Assembly (NCBI RefSeq): GCF_009914755.1
Contig: NC_060931.1
Source of the DNA: the human T2T-CHM13v2.0 reference genome, Homo sapiens
DNA: 64,000 nucleotides
Direction: 5' to 3' (one strand)
In this document: positions 60,431 to 64,000 of the stretch, piece after piece
How the letters are laid out: each line of letters starts with the position of its first letter
Position numbering within the stretch: position 1 is the first letter of the stretch
Notes under the pieces: generated by a model
Seen by the model: only the letters and a program-made list of their open reading frames with translations
The model's database searches: none
What the model was told of the DNA's origin: nothing
Made by a program: the position numbers and the translations under genes

Positions 60431-61540
60431 TATTAACAATCACATCATTGAGATGCTGTAAGGATTAATGAGATTACACATGAAAAGGGGTAGTACAGAG
60501 ACTGGATTTCCTAGTTAGGAGCTTCCTCCTTTGTCTTCCCACTATTAATTTTATCCATATTTCAGAGACTTTCTCTGAAATATTTATTCATCCATATTAA
60601 TTCAGTTGATTGCTTGAGAGACTCCTCAAAATAAGTTTCAAAGCAGGGACTTTACTTTTTTTTCCTTTTTAGAAAGAATTTTTTCTTGACTAGTATTGTA
60701 ATAAAGACAAAGAGTACAGTAGCAAGAGGGTTCTTCACCACTGAATCCCCTGGCTGAAGCCACACTGAACACCCTCAGTCCAGGGGCTTACTCCACACCA
60801 GCTGAACACATACTGTCATGCCAACTGGCCTGGCTCCCACAGTTCTTCTCTGTTCAGCCACCAACTTGGTTTGGGTTCGTGATTAAAGATCCATATCTTT
60901 CCTTGTTTAACATGACTTGTTTTGTTATATTTTCATTTCTAAGTAAGATGCATCATCTTTATACCTTTTCTTCTGCTCTAAGGCAATTCAATAGGAAGTT
61001 GGTGTATCACACTTAGATTAAAGATTGATACAACAAATCCCTCCTGTGTAAAGAAAGGTCAGAGAAACTGACATGCAAAATTTATAAGGAATGCTTCTGG
61101 GGTACAGCTTACATACTTTCTGTGCATATCTGAAACCAAGGTTTTGTTTACCTTCTAAGTTTTTGTTGTTGCTGTTGTTGTTTTAAGCGGGTAATATAAT
61201 AAGAAGCAATATTTTTAAGAGATAGGTATACATAAGAATTCTCCTTTTAACAATATTGGGTAATATATAAAAGTCAAAATTTTATATTAAAACTGAAATT
61301 TAGCTGTTCCCAGATTTTATACACACTAAACCAAAGTAAAAATTTCTTCCTATTAGGTCTTTGCAGATGAAGAAATTAGGCTGAAACATAAGAGTTCTAG
61401 GTAACAAGGTAACAACAAAAGAAAGATAAGAATGAGAGTCTGCAGCATATTGAAAGTATCATAGTTAGATCATAGTAAAAGGTAAGCAGAGAAAAGCACT
61501 TATTTTTAATAAAATGTTTATTCTTTAATAATTACAAGCT

Positions 61541-62708
61541 TATTTGCAAACCACATATTTTATAAGGGATTAATATCCAAAATATATACGGAACTCACAC
61601 AACAAAATAACAAAAACAAAACAAACAAAAAACCCCCCAGATAATCCAATTAAAAAATCTACTCAGCAAAGGACCTGAGTAGATATTCTTCCAAAGAAGA
61701 CATACGAATGACCAACAGGTATGTGAAAAGGTTCTCAATATCACTAATCATCAGGAAAATGCAAATCAAAATTACGAATAAGATATCATTTCATACCTGT
61801 TAGAATAGCTGTTATAAGAAGACAAGACATATGTTTTGGTAAGGGCATAAAGAAAACAGAGCCCTTGTACACTGTAGGAATGTAAATTAGTACAGCTATT
61901 ATGGAAAACAGTATGGAGCTTCCTCAAAAAATTAAAAATAGAACTACCACATAATACAGCAATTCCACTTCTGGGTATATATTCAAAGGAAATGAAACCT
62001 GTATTTTGAAGAGATCTCTATACTCCCATGTTCATTGCAGCATTATTCACAATAGCCAAGACATGGAAACAACCAAAGTATTTACTGATGGATGACTGGA
62101 TAAAGAAATTGTGACTATATACATAATACACACACATACACAGTGAAACATTATTCAGTGCAAAGAAAGACAAGTATTATATGATCTCACTTATATGTGG
62201 AATTTAAAAATTAAACTCATAGAAGCAGAGAGTAGAATGGTGGTTACCACGGGTTAGGGGGTGTGGGAAATGGGGAGATTTTGATCAAATGGCACAAAAT
62301 TTCAATCGTAAGAGAAACAAGTTCTGGAGAACTAATGCATATTATGGGTGGTAATACATATGTTAATGACAGTTGTCTCTGAATATACATGGCAGATGGG
62401 TTCCTGCATCCTTCACTCCCATACAAAAAAAATCCACTTTGACTCAAGTCCCACAGTTGGGCCTGCAGAACTGGCGTATAATATGCAGGTTTTGCATCCT
62501 GTGAATACTGTATCATTGATTCATTTGGTTGAAAAAAATCCACTCATAAGTGAACCCATGGGTTCAAACCTGTGTTGTTCTAGAGTCAACTGTAATTTGA
62601 TTGTGGTAATAATTACGTAATGTATACAAATATCAAATCATCATGTTGTATACCTTGAATATATTCAGTCTGTATTGACAAGTGCTTTAAAACTTAAAGT
62701 TTTAAAAA
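61541..62708 (+). mobile_element. Old L1 (L1MA/MB-like) 3' portion
   Basis: aaatgcaaatcaaaa, cagcaattccacttctgggtatat, atatcaaatcatcatgttgtatacctt. Confidence 0.88.
62370..62592. mobile_element. MER8 (TcMar-Tigger) nested in an L1MA 3' end
   Basis: cagttgtc…ctcaagtcccacagt…gttcaaacctgtgttgttc.agagtcaactg|ta. Confidence 0.85.
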
Positions 62709-62974
62709 GAATTACCTTTGAAATTTCACATAAATTTTAAGTTTTAAAGTCAAGTTATACATGTACTTTTACATATACACACGTATTCTAAAACAGGAAT
62801 ATTAACATTTATTTTACAGGATTGTTGTGCAGAGAAAGATAATGAATGTAAAGTGCTTAGTTCAGTGCCTAGGACATAGTAAGTTTTTAATAAATATCTC
62901 AATATATAAATACACATGATCATAAATGTCACTCTTTATATTCTTGGCTCTTCACAACATACTCTAAAGATTCT

Positions 62975-63028
62975 CCACCTCCCCCACCCCACCCCCCCGC
63001 CCACACACACACACACACACACACACAC
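62975..63028. repeat. C-run cluster followed by (CA)~13
   Basis: ccacctcccccaccccaccccccgcccacacac…. Confidence 0.9.
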
Positions 63029-63105
63029 AAAGACTGATGATATAAAACAATAATGGAAGTGAAAAGAACCCATGAGGGAGGAGGGAAAAGTACACCTTCG
63101 AGCCC

Positions 63106-63942
<837 letters not shown>

Positions 63943-64000
63943 CACACTAAACAGTGACAACAGAAACTGATCCAAATAAATGATGATGGAATGAGACCAG

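Overview
This is a 64-kb AT-rich, repeat-dense primate (very likely human/great-ape) non-coding window, either a large intron or intergenic DNA. It is not prokaryotic, and I found no CRISPR array, operon or host protein-coding exon I can support. The main feature is a near full-length ~6.0-kb L1PA2/L1PA3-type LINE-1 (17292-23333, +) with an 18-bp TSD, an intact YY1 site and the short (ZNF93-escape) 5'UTR. It has one nonsense codon in ORF1 (Q15*), one +2 frameshift in an A13 run in ORF2 at the wrist/CTD boundary, and an open antisense ORF0. The window also holds a retroposed 5S rRNA pseudogene (11092-11207), seven Alus, about nine solo LTRs (MaLR/ERV1), several DNA-transposon fossils (MER5, MER8, MER20, MER47, MER63, MER102, Tigger4), old L1M/L2/MIR fragments and microsatellites. 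Less ordinary items are a gap-free 148-bp local duplication (52345/53740) with a repair-like scar, several short tandem duplications, and motif clusters in unique DNA that may be enhancers. Repeat subfamily names come from my recall of consensus sequences, not from a database search. I found no evidence for a new biological system. The best leads are the CTD-less but EN/RT-intact ORF2 allele and the templated duplication.
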